A DNA stretch of 64,000 nt, taken from Camelus ferus. Its lineage: Eukaryota. The position numbers were made by a program, and so were the translations under genes. A model generated the notes under the pieces. That model saw only the letters and a program-made list of their open reading frames with translations, was not told the origin of the DNA and made no database searches. Below, piece by piece: positions 52,110-64,000 of this stretch. Where the stretch lies: positions 107,324,001 to 107,388,000 of the forward strand of contig NC_045697.1 of assembly GCF_009834535.1 (NCBI RefSeq), read 5' to 3'. Each line of letters begins with the position of its first letter. Positions within the stretch are counted from its first letter, which is position 1.

Positions 52110-52720
52110 TAATAAAATTATAGTCTCTGCCTTCAAGCTCTTGGTCAAGTGGGAGAAATGTATAAACATAAAATTATGACAGCACTAAATAAATGCTACA
52201 TGCTATGAACAAAGCTCCGTGGTGGAACATGAAGAACAAACATGTGTCTCGGAGTTGGGCAGAGAGTTGGGATTCGTAAAGAAGGTGATATCTAAGCTAA
52301 GTGTTAAAGTATGAGCATGACAATGACAGGTAGAGAAGGAAGAAAAGCATCCAAGCAGAGAGAAGAGTTGAAAGAAGAGCACAATGTTGTGAAGGCAAGA
52401 CCTATTAAGAGAGTAAGAAAAAGTTCAGCATGGCTTCAGTATAGCATATAGTGAAGATGATGAGAAAGGAAAGAAAATACAGAAGGAGTTGGGGCCTTGG
52501 AGACCATGCTGTGGAATGGCATGGCAGAGGAAAAGAACAGTTCTGAAAGGTTTTACGATAATCCCAGCAAGAGATTCCGGGGGGTGGAACTAAGAGGCAG
52601 ACTGTTCAGTGACAGACCGGTTGTGGGAATGAGGAAGGAAGAAGGCAAGTCAAGGTTAAGTTTCTGGGAAAGGGAAAGGGATAGCACTGAAATGAAGACT
52701 GCAAGAGGAAATACAGTTTG
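52110..52720 (-). mobile_element. L2 fragment
   Basis: tagtctctgccttcaagctc...gaaggtgatatctaagctaag..., purine-rich antisense L2 texture. Confidence 0.55.
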
Positions 52721-53586
52721 TTTGATAACCTTGGTTAGGAAGGAATCATCAGGCTTTTGTTTCCCTACCTACTAATTAGTTTACTTACATGCCTTCTCTA
52801 ACTAAAATTCATTATAAATTAAATATTTGAACTACTTTATCAACTGTAAGAAATAAAGGTAGTACAGCATAACTTCACCAGAATCTTTACAATGTCTTAA
52901 GAGAGAGCAGCCTAACAGTTACTTTAAAAAATAATTTTTTTTAAAAAATGGGAAGAATGAAAGAAATGAAAATAGAGGAAGAACTTACCATATTTAATAT
53001 AGAAACCACCGCCCTTATCCACAGTTTCAGTTACCCTAGGTCAACCATGGTCCAAAAATATTAAATGGAAAATTCCAGAAATAAACAATTTCTCAGTTTT
53101 AAATTGCAGGCCATTCTGAGTAGAGTGATGCAATCTCGAGTCATCCTGCTCCATCCCACCCAGGACACAAACCATCCCTTTGTCTAGCATAGCCCACCCT
53201 TTCACCCCTTAGTAGCCAGCTAGGTTAGCACATCGACCGTAGAGGTATTGCAGTGCTTGTGTTCAAGTAGCCCTTATTTTACTTAATAATGATCCCAAAG
53301 TGCAAGAGTAGTGATGCTGACAATTTGGATATGCCAAAGAGAAGCCATAAAGTGTTCACTTTAAGCAAAAAGGTGAAAGTCAGTGACTTAATAAGGAAAG
53401 AAAAACATCATATGCTGAGATTGCTAAGGTCTTCAGTATGAATGAATTTTCTTCTATCCGTGAAATTGTGAAGAAAAAAAAAAAAAAACCCATGCTTATT
53501 TTGCAGTCAAACCTCAATCTGCAAAAGTTACAACCACAGTGCATGGTTAAGTGCTTATTTAAGGTGGAAAAGGCATTTTATTTGTA

Positions 53587-53740
53587 CAGGCATAACTAGG
53601 AGATGGTGGAGATTCAGTTCCAGACTACCACAATAAAACAAATATTGCAGTAAAGTGAGTCAGGAATTTTTTGGTTTCCCAGTGCATATAAAAGTTATAC
53701 TTACACTATACTATAGTTTGTTAGGCATGTAATAGCATTA

Positions 53741-53808
<68 letters not shown>

Positions 53809-54050
53809 GTAATTTAAAAATACTTCATTGTTAAAACATGTCAAAACAACTATAATAGTAACATCAAAGATCTTATATAATATTATATGATATATTATTA
53901 TATAATAAATATAATGCTGAAAAAGTTTACAATATTATGAGAATTACCAAAATGTGACAGAGACAAGGAGTGAGCAAATGCTGGTGGAAAATTGGCCCAC
54001 CAGACTTGCTGTACACAAAGTTGCCACAAACCTTCAATTTCTGGAAGAAA
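53587..54050 (-). mobile_element. Internally deleted Tigger1 MITE, inverted relative to 50448-50912
   Basis: ta|caggcataactaggagat...ttccagactaccacaataaa (reverse complement of the Tigger1 3' end) and gttgccacaaaccttcaattt (reverse complement of the 5' part). Confidence 0.85.
53745..53806. repeat. Compound (TA)17(CA)14 microsatellite
   Basis: Read directly from the sequence. Confidence 0.97.
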
Positions 54051-54487
54051 AGGTGTGCTGGTAGACTACGTCTTGAGAGAGAGCACATTCACATAACTTC
54101 TTTCACAGGATATTGTTACAATTGTTCCATTTTATTATTAGTTATTAGTGTTAATCTCTTGCTCTGCCTAACTTATAAATTAGAGCATACCACAGAAATA
54201 TATGTGGTATACATACAGGAAAACACAGTATATATAGTGTTTGGTACTATCCGTGGTTTCAGGTAACCACTGAGGTCTTGGAACGTAACCCTGCAAATAA
54301 GGAAGGACTACTGCACTGCCTAAGTTTCCAATGTACATATTACCTTCCAAATTTTTATTTGAAAATCAATTAATTGAAATCTAGAATACAGTTTCCCAAA
54401 GAAGCAATGGATACAGAGTACAGCTGAACTCTAGAATTATACCAGTGTTATACCAACCTACTAAAGAACCACCCTCACTACTACTAC

Positions 54488-54700
54488 CACAGCACAGTGG
54501 TTAGAACAGGTTGCTCTGAAGTTGGACTGTCTGGGGTTCACCAGCTACCTCCTCTGCCACGTACTCTGTGACCCTGGGCATGTTAATTAACTCTGCAAGC
54601 CTGAGGCTCCTCACACCTTTAAAATGAAGATGATAAAATCACCTACCTCACAGTTACTGTGAGGATTAAAAGACATAATCCATTTAAAGCATTAAGCACA
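54488..54700 (+). mobile_element. MIR SINE
   Basis: cagcacagtggttagaac...tgtgaccctgggcatgttaattaac...acctacctcacagttactgtgaggattaaa. Confidence 0.85.
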
Positions 54701-54975
54701 TTCATTCATCCAACACATATTTGAGCACCAACTATGTGTCAGGCACTATACTAAGCACTGACAATATAGTAGTAAACCAAAAAATGGAGCTTATTCTCTA
54801 ATATAAGGAAACACGAACAAAATATATGATGGAGATAAATGCTATGAAAAATAAAGCAGAATACAGGAGATAAAGAGTGACAAGGAGGGTACCTGTTTGG
54901 CAGTATGTAAATATTCTCTATCAAGGTAACATCTGAACAGAGACCTTAAGGGAAGAATCACAGAGATAATTGGAA
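54701..54975 (-). mobile_element. L2 3' end
   Basis: ttcattcatccaacacatatttgagcaccaactatgtgtcaggcactatactaagcactg. Confidence 0.8.
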
Positions 54976-55722
54976 GAAGAAATCAGATCCGTTTCTGGCA
55001 ATACAGGAGACTTAGCTGTCCAGAAAAACACTTATGCTTCAGAATTCCTTAAAATGCTGAATATTAAGCTAAAAAAACTATTTTCATGGATGGTTGAGCT
55101 AGAGAGAACCCAAGGAAAAATCTCTGCAGGTAAGAAACAACAAAGCTTCAGAGAGCACTGAGGCCCGTATCTGCCCTGAGAGCATCCACCAATCTCTAGA
55201 GGTTTAGAAACTGAGTCTAAAAGGACTACTAAGGCAGAAAAGGACAAAAAGCTTGTAGCCTAAACAAGGTGGGAAATCTGAAAAGAAACTCTCTCAGCAG
55301 GTGAACCAGGTATAGGGGGGCAACAGGGACAGGATATGCTTATTGTAGGGAACAGTGGATATATTTTGTGTCTCAAGCTGGGTAGAAGAGGAAAAAAGAA
55401 ATCTCTCTCCTCTCACTCCAAAATGGGACGGAACTCATACCACCTGTGAGGTTTAACAAAATTCAAACTAAAAATTTAGTTTCAAGAGATTCTGAGTTTG
55501 AAGACACTGGAGCACAACAGAAGCAAACACCAATCTCATTAGGAGGAGTGTACTTTAAACCCAGGCCTCAAACTATATTCATAAATAAAAAGCCACAGAA
55601 CACAAGCTCACAATTTTTTTAAATCACAAAATAATGAAGAAACAAACCCTCAAGAATCAGCAGAACAAGAAGCTTTATAGAAACAGACCCCAAACACTGA
55701 AGAAGATAAAAATGATCAGATA

Positions 55723-56106
55723 CACAAAAAATAGATAAAGAACAAATTTTTTCTGTATAGTACAGGGAACTATATTCAATGTCTTGTAATAACCTTTCAC
55801 GGAAAAGAATATGAAAACAAATATATGTATGTATATGAATGACTGGGACATTATGCTGTACACCAGAAACTGACACACTGTAACTGACTATACTTCAATT
55901 TTTTTAGAAAATGTACACGCACGTGCACTCACACACACACACACAAACAACACAGAGGAATTTGTTATTTCTCTCAATAGTATCACTCTGTAATACACCT
56001 TGCAAATAGCTTTCATACACCTATAGTTTTTGTTTTTCTCTTAACAGGTACTCAAATACTTGTTGAATAAATTGAAAAAATTTAAATATTAATTTAAAAA
56101 TTAAAC
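55723..56106 (+). mobile_element. Short L1 3' end carrying ~160-190 bp of 3'-transduced DNA
   Basis: L1 tail 55723-55900, non-L1 55911-56070, aataaa at 56066-56071, A/T-rich tail. TSD atgatcagata at 55712-55722 and 56107-56117. Confidence 0.8.
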
Positions 56107-57434
56107 ATGATCAGATATACAATATTAAAATGTTAATGTTTAAGAAAATAAGAGAGATCAGAAAGGTGACCAGGGAAAAGGAACTATAAAAATATGAATA
56201 TGAAAAAAAACCAAACAGAAGTTCAAGATATAAATTTATAATTTATATTTATAGTATATGATTTATTGATATTTATAATATAATTAGATAACTAAGAGGA
56301 GATTATTCTAGGCAGAGGGAAAAACAAGAGTGAAGGGGCCACTGCATCCAGAATGGAGTAAACAAGAGTAGAGTAAGGACAAAGGAGTACTGCTTAGTAG
56401 GTCACAGAAGCACTCAATAAATTTTAGATATTATCCCATAGATTCCATTGGAAAAATTTCGATAATAGAAACAGTCATTTTTTCTTCCCCATTACAATAT
56501 CAAATATAGCAGCCAGAGCAAAGCTCTAGAAGACTCCAAGTAGGTCCAGAAGGGAATAGGAAAACACTGCATTTCTTTGAAGTGAGAAGCATCTTAAGCA
56601 GTAGTTTCAGTGTCAAAAAAGAAATCTAGGTCTTGTGTGAGCAAGGTACAAAAGGAGGAAAATGGAAAAGTATCCCCAGGTGATTCAGAAGATAAGTATC
56701 TGGAAGCAACAATGATGAACAGAAGAAAAAGATCTATTAAAATTGTCATTTCAAAGTAGGGGACACTGCAAACTTGAGTATTAATTATTAATCAGGACAC
56801 CCTCTCAGTATTCAAAAATTTCCCAAGTGAAGTCACCATTATATTCTGTATCAATGAGAATTCAGAATAAATGAAATTCCCAAACATAAGCCAAAATTTT
56901 TCATGTTAACTTTTTGATGCTCAGCTTTTTCCAGATCTTTTCAAGAGATACTAACATGTAATTAGCAAAATAACTATTTTTTCTTTTCTTCCATATTTCT
57001 GCCCTCAGGCTAAGGTACTATCTAACAAAACCATGAAAAAAAACACAAGTAATACAGATTAAGAACAATATTCATAAATCACAACTTAGATGTCTAATTC
57101 ATCTCTTAATATTAAAAAGCTGGTCATTTCATTTTTTCCCCTGGTTATCAGAATAAAAGAAAATTGAATGGTGGATATATTAAACATATACAAGTTACCA
57201 TGTACCTACCACTTGACACACAGGGAAACTGATTTAAAGAATCAGATAAAATATGCACAGTTAAATCAATGATAAAGTTTTTAAATCATTTATTCTCTCA
57301 AAGCTTATCACTCTTAACAACGTTTCTGATTATCATGAACTCGTTCTTCAATGAATACAATTCTTGAGGAATTTAGTTAAGTGGCCATTTCTACAATTCT
57401 AATGTGAGCACCCAACTTAAATTTATAGTCAAAC

Positions 57435-57620
57435 AGTATAATACAGCGTGGAGGATTCAGGCTCAAACAACCTGGATCCTAATCCCATCTTACTAACTGT
57501 GGGACTGGAGCATTTTTAATCTCTCCAATCCTGTTTTCTTGCTATAAAACAAGTTTAATAAAGTACTACCTCAAAGAGTGTTGTGTGGATCAAGTAAGAT
57601 AATACTTATAAAAACCACTT
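57435..57620 (+). mobile_element. MIR SINE
   Basis: cctggatcctaatccc...tactaactgtgggactggagc...gtactacctcaaagagtgttgtgtggat. Confidence 0.7.
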
Positions 57621-57993
57621 ACGTTGGCTAATACGTAATCTACCGACTGAGTCACGCCCTGACTTACACCCAGGTTAAGCCCCATTACATCTGGACCACA
57701 GAACGAAGTATTAATTTCAATCTTTCCTTCTGAAGCACCACTTGTATAATCTGATATAACTGTTCATGCATGCATAGTTAGCATCATAGAATAAAAAATT
57801 AATGTCTAACAATATAAACTAGAAAAAATTTGAACGATATGCTATCCTGAATTTTGAACTTGGCTAAACTGAATAATTTTCTTTAGTGTTTCAAACAAAT
57901 AAATCAACAAAACAGTCCCCATAGACAGAAATATCTCCTGAAATTTTTAAGTCAAAAGCCATCTTCTCAATCTACGTGTTGTACCTAAGAGAT

Positions 57994-58750
57994 TAACAGA
58001 TGTTGGCGAGGATGTAGAGAAAAGTGAACCCTTGAACACTGTTAGTGGGAAAGCAAATTGGTGTGGCCACTATGGAAAACAGTATGGAGGTTTCTCAAAA
58101 AAAACTAAAAAAGAACTACCATATGATCCAGCAATTCCACTCCTGGGTATATATCCCAAGAAAATGAAAACACTAATTCAAAAAGATACATGTACTCCAG
58201 TATTCATGGCAGCATTATTCACACTGGCCAAGACAGGTAAGCAACCATACTGTCCCTCAACAGATGAATGGATAAAGAAGATGTGGTATGTATATATGTA
58301 TATACATATACAATGTAATACTACTCAGCCATAAAAAGGAATGAAAATTTTCCATGTGCAATACTATGGTTGGACCTAGAGATTATGCTTAGTGAAATAA
58401 GTCAGAGAAAGACAAATGCTGTATGGTATCACTTACATGTGGAATCTTAAAAATACAACAAACTACTGAATATAACAAAAAAGAAAACTCACAGATAACA
58501 GAGAACAAACTAGTGGTAACCACTGGGGAGAGAGGAGGGAGAAGGGAATTATGGGGCAGGGGATTAAGAAGTACAAACTATTAGGTATAAAATAAGCCAC
58601 AAGTATATATTGTACAACATAGGAAATACAGAAAATATTTTATAGTAATTTTAAATGGAGTATAATCTTTAAAAAGTGTGAATCACTGTGTTGTACACCT
58701 GAAACTTAAATAGTACTGTAAATAAACTATATCTCAATAAAAAATAAACA
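57994..58750 (+). mobile_element. L1 3' end (ORF2 C-terminus plus 3'UTR)
   Basis: ORF 58032-58334 contains ELPYDPAIPLLGIYPK...FMAALFTLAK; ends ctcaataaa plus A tail. Confidence 0.92.
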
Positions 58751-59389
58751 AATGGTCATCATTTGACTTGCTTACTGAGAGTTTGTTTCAAAAGACACCC
58801 CTGGGCAGATGAAATACTAAAAATAGTAAAACTGCAAAGCTCCCTGTCAGTACAAAAGAGATTTCTATGCATGTTACGAGCATTTCATCTAAATGATTAA
58901 GAACATATAAAGAATTAAAATTCAAAGAATGGTAGTGTATTGTTATATGTTGTTTCCTTTAAGTGGGTAAGGGTTGGAAGAAAAAAAACTGGCTGCCTTT
59001 CACCATCCCACAATATTCTACAATTCTAAAAGCTCAGAAAACTCACTTAAATACCAAAATCTAAAACACTACCTGCCATATATAAAATTTCCCATGAATC
59101 TATATTTGGTTTTGGTAATAGAGGATTGCTTTCTAAGATTAAAAACTGCTCATCTGCCTGCATATATAAATGTTAAGGATTTGAGAAAGAAGAAAAATGA
59201 CATTTTCTTTACTTACAACTTCTTCATTGACCCTCAGTAGAACTCCATTTTCTGGAATTATCTAAGGTAATAAACTTCCAATGTATTGCTAGGTAGGAAA
59301 TAACATGGCCTAATGTTGCCTAAATTGGTACTATAATTTATTCACTGGCTATTTTATACCAAGTGCTTTGTTATATATGATAGTTATAA

Positions 59390-61370
59390 ATCAAAGCTTC
59401 CAGGAAGACAGTGAGTGGACTAAGACGACCTAAAAACTATCACTTCACAAACATCTACAAATACTAGGTAAATATAACAACAACAACAACAAAGAAAAAC
59501 ACTTTCAATGTAGAGTTTAACTTGCAAGAAAGGCCAACTCCAAGAGACGAAAATGAAGAAGAAACAGGAAAACAATACATTTGAACTGCTATTACAACTG
59601 CTGAAGGGTTTCAGGAAGAGAAGCTAGCAACCTAGAGACTTGAATTTCAATGCCTATGTAGAAATACAAAATAAAGTATGGTGCCTACTTAAAGAATGAA
59701 ATCTCCATGAAAATATGGGACTCTCAAAGGTAAAAAAACAGATCCTCCCCACAACCTGCCCTGCCAAAAGAAAAAAAAATCCTTCCACTGGCACAGGGAA
59801 ATTCCAAATAACCAGTCTCTGGCTGGGCTACTTATCTTTTAAAAAAAAAGTCTCCTCTGAAAAAATAAAATCCTGGAATGCTCTTTACATAAGTTGGGAG
59901 TTCAAATTTACACTACTGGCATGAACGAGAAACCTCAGGCTGATTTTTTTTTTTTTAATGATCCCAGGTACAACATATTCCTGAGGCCACTGGTAAATAA
60001 AGCCAGTATTTCAGGTAATAAACATTTCTTAAGCACCTGTTACATGTAAGTACTCTTGTACGTGCTACAGATGCAATGGATAAAAGTAACAGAAAATCTC
60101 TACTCTTACGGAAGAAATAACGGAGGTAAACTGGTATACATAAAGTACATTGAGTTGTATATTAGAGGATAAATCTATTTTTAAAAAATCAGGGAAGAGG
60201 ATTAAGAAGTGTTATGAGAGGGCAAAGAGAGAAGTCCAGAAAGATACTAAACTTCCACCAAAAAAAAAAGGTGTCTTCTGTACAGATCAGGGAACTATAT
60301 TCAGTATCTTATAATAACCTTTAATGAAAAAGAATATGGAAACAAATACATGTATGTATATGCATGACTGGAACATTGGGCTGTACACCAGAAGGTGACA
60401 CATTGTAACTGACTGTACTTCAATAAAAAATAAATAAAAATTTTTAAAAAATTCCACAAACTAATCTAGATAGGATTCCCACGAATAAAATCCAACTAAA
60501 TATTAGGTCACAATCCAATATTACAAAACAACCTTATAAACAACCCCCCACAAGTAGATGATATAAGTATTAGACAATAACTTAAATATTAGAAAACAAA
60601 AGCAGTATATTTTAATAACTAAAAATATAAAAGAAACAAGGCAGTAAAAAATAGAAGATTCTATCCTTAAAACAAGGACTATACAGATTTGAAGAAATTC
60701 TAAAAATACAGTCACTAAAATTAAAAACTCAAGAGGTTAGACTATAGCTTAGATGAGATGAAGAACAACTCAGAAGAAAAAACAAGAATCAAAGGAAAGA
60801 CTGAAAATATGAAAGATTAAGAGACACGAAGGATAGAAAGAAGAAAACCAGTATGTCATGTATTCTAAGTCCCAAGATACAAATAGGTAAAATGAAGAAA
60901 AGGCATTATTCATGAGAATTCTCCAGAACTAATGAAAAACATGAATCCTCAGACTCAGAAAGCACAACCACCTCTAGACAAGTTATGGTGAAACTATCGG
61001 CTCCAAAGTCAAAGAAAAAACTTGAAAGCAACCACAGAGTCAGATTATCTGTAAAGTTAATTTAGAATGATAACAGTGACAATTTCAACAACAATAAAAG
61101 AGACTAGAGGAGAACAGAATAGTATCTTCAAAATAGTAAGAGACTGACAACTAGAATCCTGCAATGAGCAAAACAATATTCAAGAGTAAGGGCAAAATAC
61201 GGACATTTTTAAACAAATACAGAGTTTACCACTAAAAGACCCTCACTAAAAAGAACTGCTAAAGAATACACTTCAGAGCGAAGTAAAACCGAGAAATAGT
61301 GAGATGTAAGATATACTTGGAGCCAACCATTTAGTAAACATATTGGGAAATCTAAGAACTACGAAGAAAT
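59390..61370 (+). mobile_element. Fragmented old L1 5'/ORF1 region with L2 and young L1-tail insertions
   Basis: gagaattctccagaactaatgaaaaacatgaatcctcagactcag; cagagtttaccactaaaagaccctcactaaa. Confidence 0.55.
60261..60447 (+). mobile_element. Short L1 3' tail insertion
   Basis: ctgtacagatcagggaactatattcagtatc...gactgtacttcaataaa. Flanks aaacttccaccaa / aaaattccacaaa. Confidence 0.88.
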
Positions 61371-62459
61371 ACAATCTTCCTTGTTCTCCAGTATTCAGTG
61401 CCCCTCCAAGCAAAAAGATTATATATACACCAACCTTGTGAAACTCACACATGGTATGGTAAACTCAAGCATGGAGGTGTGATGTCCTTAAGTCAATGAA
61501 ATGTGAACGAAGTGACTTGTCACTCTGAGCAGAAGCTCTGGCCTATTACACATGGTTCATCATATTTTCTTTTCCTTTCAAGGGCAATCAAAGCTCAATA
61601 TTATACAAATGAAGTTTAAGGCAGAGAATGGCAAGAGATAAGCCAAGATCCAAATTACTTATATGTCATAGTAAAGAACTTGCCTTTTTCCAGAAGAGAA
61701 TGGAAAACTATAGAAGGATTTTGGAAGAAAAACCAAATGGTCAGATTTTCACTTTAGACAAAACACACCAGCAGTTGTGGAGGGTATTTGATAAGAGAAA
61801 AGACTAGAGAAATAGGAACAGGAAGTTATCATAATTATTTAGGTAAAAATGACGAGTACTTGAACTAGGTTAGTGGTACTAGAGATGCAGAGGACGGAAA
61901 GGATTACAGAAATATTCAGTATTCCAAAACATATCCCAAACAGGAGCGTTCAAATTAATGACTGAAGGTTATTTAAGACCATATCACAGTCAATATGCTC
62001 TGTTCAATACAGCAAAAAAGAAAACAGGAAATTTAGTTCTACTGAAAAAGGTCAAAATAGAAATGTATTGGCAAAAAAAAAAAGTACAGTTAATAATTCA
62101 TCTACATGGCACCTATCACCTCATTCCAGATAAGGTGAAAGTATAGAAGAAAAAGCTAATAATGCACTGTATTTCACTTACGTATTGGCATTAGTCCTCC
62201 TAGATGGTTTAGATAGATAAGAGGGGAGAAGATAAAGAATTCCTTGTGAAAAATTTACAACAGCACCATCCTCTCCTATTAATGTAATCAATGCGGTCAG
62301 TATATAAAAGTCACAACAATGATTAACCTTCTACTTTCTCAGCATATCAACAGACAAAAATAAGAGCAGGGTGTACTGGTGAAATATCAGAAAATAAATC
62401 TAAATAAATTGAAGGACACAAGAATAATTGAAGAAATGTGGTGCCCAGGGGCTAAAGAA

Positions 62460-62580
62460 CTTACACTGTAAGCTCCATATAGGTAAGGTCCATATTTGCC
62501 TTGTTCATTGTTTTATTCCCAGCACCATACTTGAACCCCATCTCTGCTCCATAAATATTCATTGAAAGAATGAATGGATC
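62460..62580 (+). mobile_element. L2 3' end
   Basis: actgtaagctccatataggtaagg...cttgttcattgttttattcccagcacc...ataaatattcattgaaagaatgaatg. Confidence 0.7.
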
Positions 62581-63718
62581 AATCTCACTGGAAATAGATG
62601 TTTACTTGTTTCATAAAAGGGGTAAGTCTAGATAAAATAGCAATATGTAAAAATGTCCCACTTTAAAATATTATTCATAGTGATTCTTTGACTTTGACAT
62701 CTTACTTGAAAATTTAAATGTTAATCCCCCGTTAAATTCACACCCTAATCTACAGGAAAAAAGAGTAACCTTGTCTCTGAAATTTGGTAACTTTACCCAG
62801 TAAATTCATCATGGAAGCAAACCGACTTTAAGGGAAGGTCATTTGAATACTAGAAGCCCATTAATGCATCTTGACAAATACTGAAGACAACATCTGGTAT
62901 TCTCTTCCATAACTGATTAACAAGAGCGTCATCCTTTCCTATTAATGTGCTCAATATGGTTAGTATATAAAAGACAAAAAAAGATGATTAAAATTCCACT
63001 TTTTTATACGATCAACAACATTCAAGGTCATTTCGATCATGCAAGCTAAGTCAACTAAATCTGGACTGAGAGTAAAAAGCAAACACCAGCACCCTGCATA
63101 ATGATTAACTGTCATTAATTCCATCCAATTTGAATATCACATTCCTTAAAAAACCCCTTTTCCTAGTACACATTTTAGGTTATTTAAAAAGGAAAACAAA
63201 CAAACTCTACCTGCCGCAAGCCAAATCTTGACTATGTTAGGCAAGTTTTAAACAGTCTAGATACCCTTCCAGACTCACTGTTCTATCACATGACTGAAAG
63301 ATGCCTTAAGCCACTATTTCACATTTAAGGTTCTTTGCAATTATACATTATATATGGGTTAGCGGTTAAGAGCTCAGTTTGTAGATTTCCCGAGTCTGAA
63401 TCTCAGCAATATTACTCGCTCAATACGACTTGAGTAAATTACTTATCCTCTCTCATCATTTATAAAGTGAATATTACAACAGTACAGTCCAATCTGCCAT
63501 AACTTACATCTTTGCCTTGAATCACTTTCCACAGGATTGTTAAAGAGTAGAATAATGTAGGTATAGTGTAGAAGTGAGGTTGGTCTGTGTGTAATTTCTT
63601 CCAACAGAATTAAAGAGAAATACTTAGCAATATATAAAGATCTTAAAACAACCTGAAAATTTACAGAACTACTTTCTTTTAATGCAAACACTGCCTGGTT
63701 TAATGATTGCAAGAACTA

Positions 63719-63936
63719 CAGCTGACCCTTGAACAACACAGGGATTAGGGGGCCAACCCTCCACACAATCCCAAATCCACCTATAACTTATAGTCAGCCC
63801 TCCAGATACAAGCTTCCCCCATATCCTGGGATTCAACCAACATGGATCACAGAATACTGTAGTATTTGCTACTGAAAAAAATCCACACATACGTGGATTC
63901 ACACAGTTCAAACCCATGCTGTACAAGATTCAAGTG
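63719..63936 (+). mobile_element. Tigger2-derived MITE (MER8/Tigger2a-like)
   Basis: ta|cagctgacccttgaacaacacaggg...cagttcaaacccatgctgtacaagattcaagtg (degenerate TIRs). Confidence 0.85.
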
Positions 63937-64000
63937 TCTATGCTTTTTCCACAACATTAAGTATCTGACAATCTGCAAGTACAGATGAAGAAATGCAAAG

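Larger units (their letters stand above)
53005..54313 (+). mobile_element. MER44/Tigger7-type DNA transposon with nested Tigger1 MITE
   Basis: cccttatccacagtttcagttaccctaggtcaaccatggtccaaaaatattaaatggaaaattccagaaataaac; right end ggtttcaggtaaccactgaggtcttggaacg...ggactactg. Confidence 0.85.
3538..64000 (-). other. LRBA: Very large LRBA intron (>60 kb, upstream exon outside the window)
   Basis: I found no sequence encoding the preceding LRBA residues (...VETVFNL). The region is repeat-dense and AT-rich. Confidence 0.85.

Noticed and set aside
59217..59288. 72-nt minus-strand pseudo-exon (cctacctag|...GTT|gtaagt)
   Set aside because: In-frame TAG at codon 9, and no support beyond splice-like motifs expected by chance.
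3538..64000. Nested MAB21L2 gene known to lie within an LRBA intron
   Set aside because: No long intronless ORF is present; by recollection that gene sits in a much more 3' intron.

Overview
Mammalian genomic DNA, most likely camelid (alpaca/llama/camel), judged from tRNA-derived vic-1-like SINEs and matching lineage L1 3' ends. The window lies inside the LRBA gene on the minus strand. Two coding exons are visible (3306-3537 and 2981-3081), with canonical AG/GT boundaries and a continuous reading frame. Everything from 3538 to 64000 is one very large intron built mostly from transposon fossils: L1, L2, MIR, MaLR/ERVL LTRs, Tigger/MER44/Kanga DNA transposons, SINEs and microsatellites. Nearly all other ORFs in the six-frame track are transposon-derived or chance. 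I see no new gene system. The most unusual objects are retrotransposition products: (1) a TSD-flanked 2.85-kb L1 with 5'UTR, ORF1 and 3' end but almost no ORF2 (half-L1 or spliced-L1 architecture), which also carries a local A-to-G cluster and antisense splice donors pointing at LRBA; (2) an L1 3' transduction; (3) a ~700-bp foreign segment captured inside an L1 ORF2; (4) a probable unidentified retrocopy; (5) an inverted pair of same-deletion Tigger1 MITEs. Repeat family names come from recognising consensus motifs by eye, and boundaries of old repeats are approximate.
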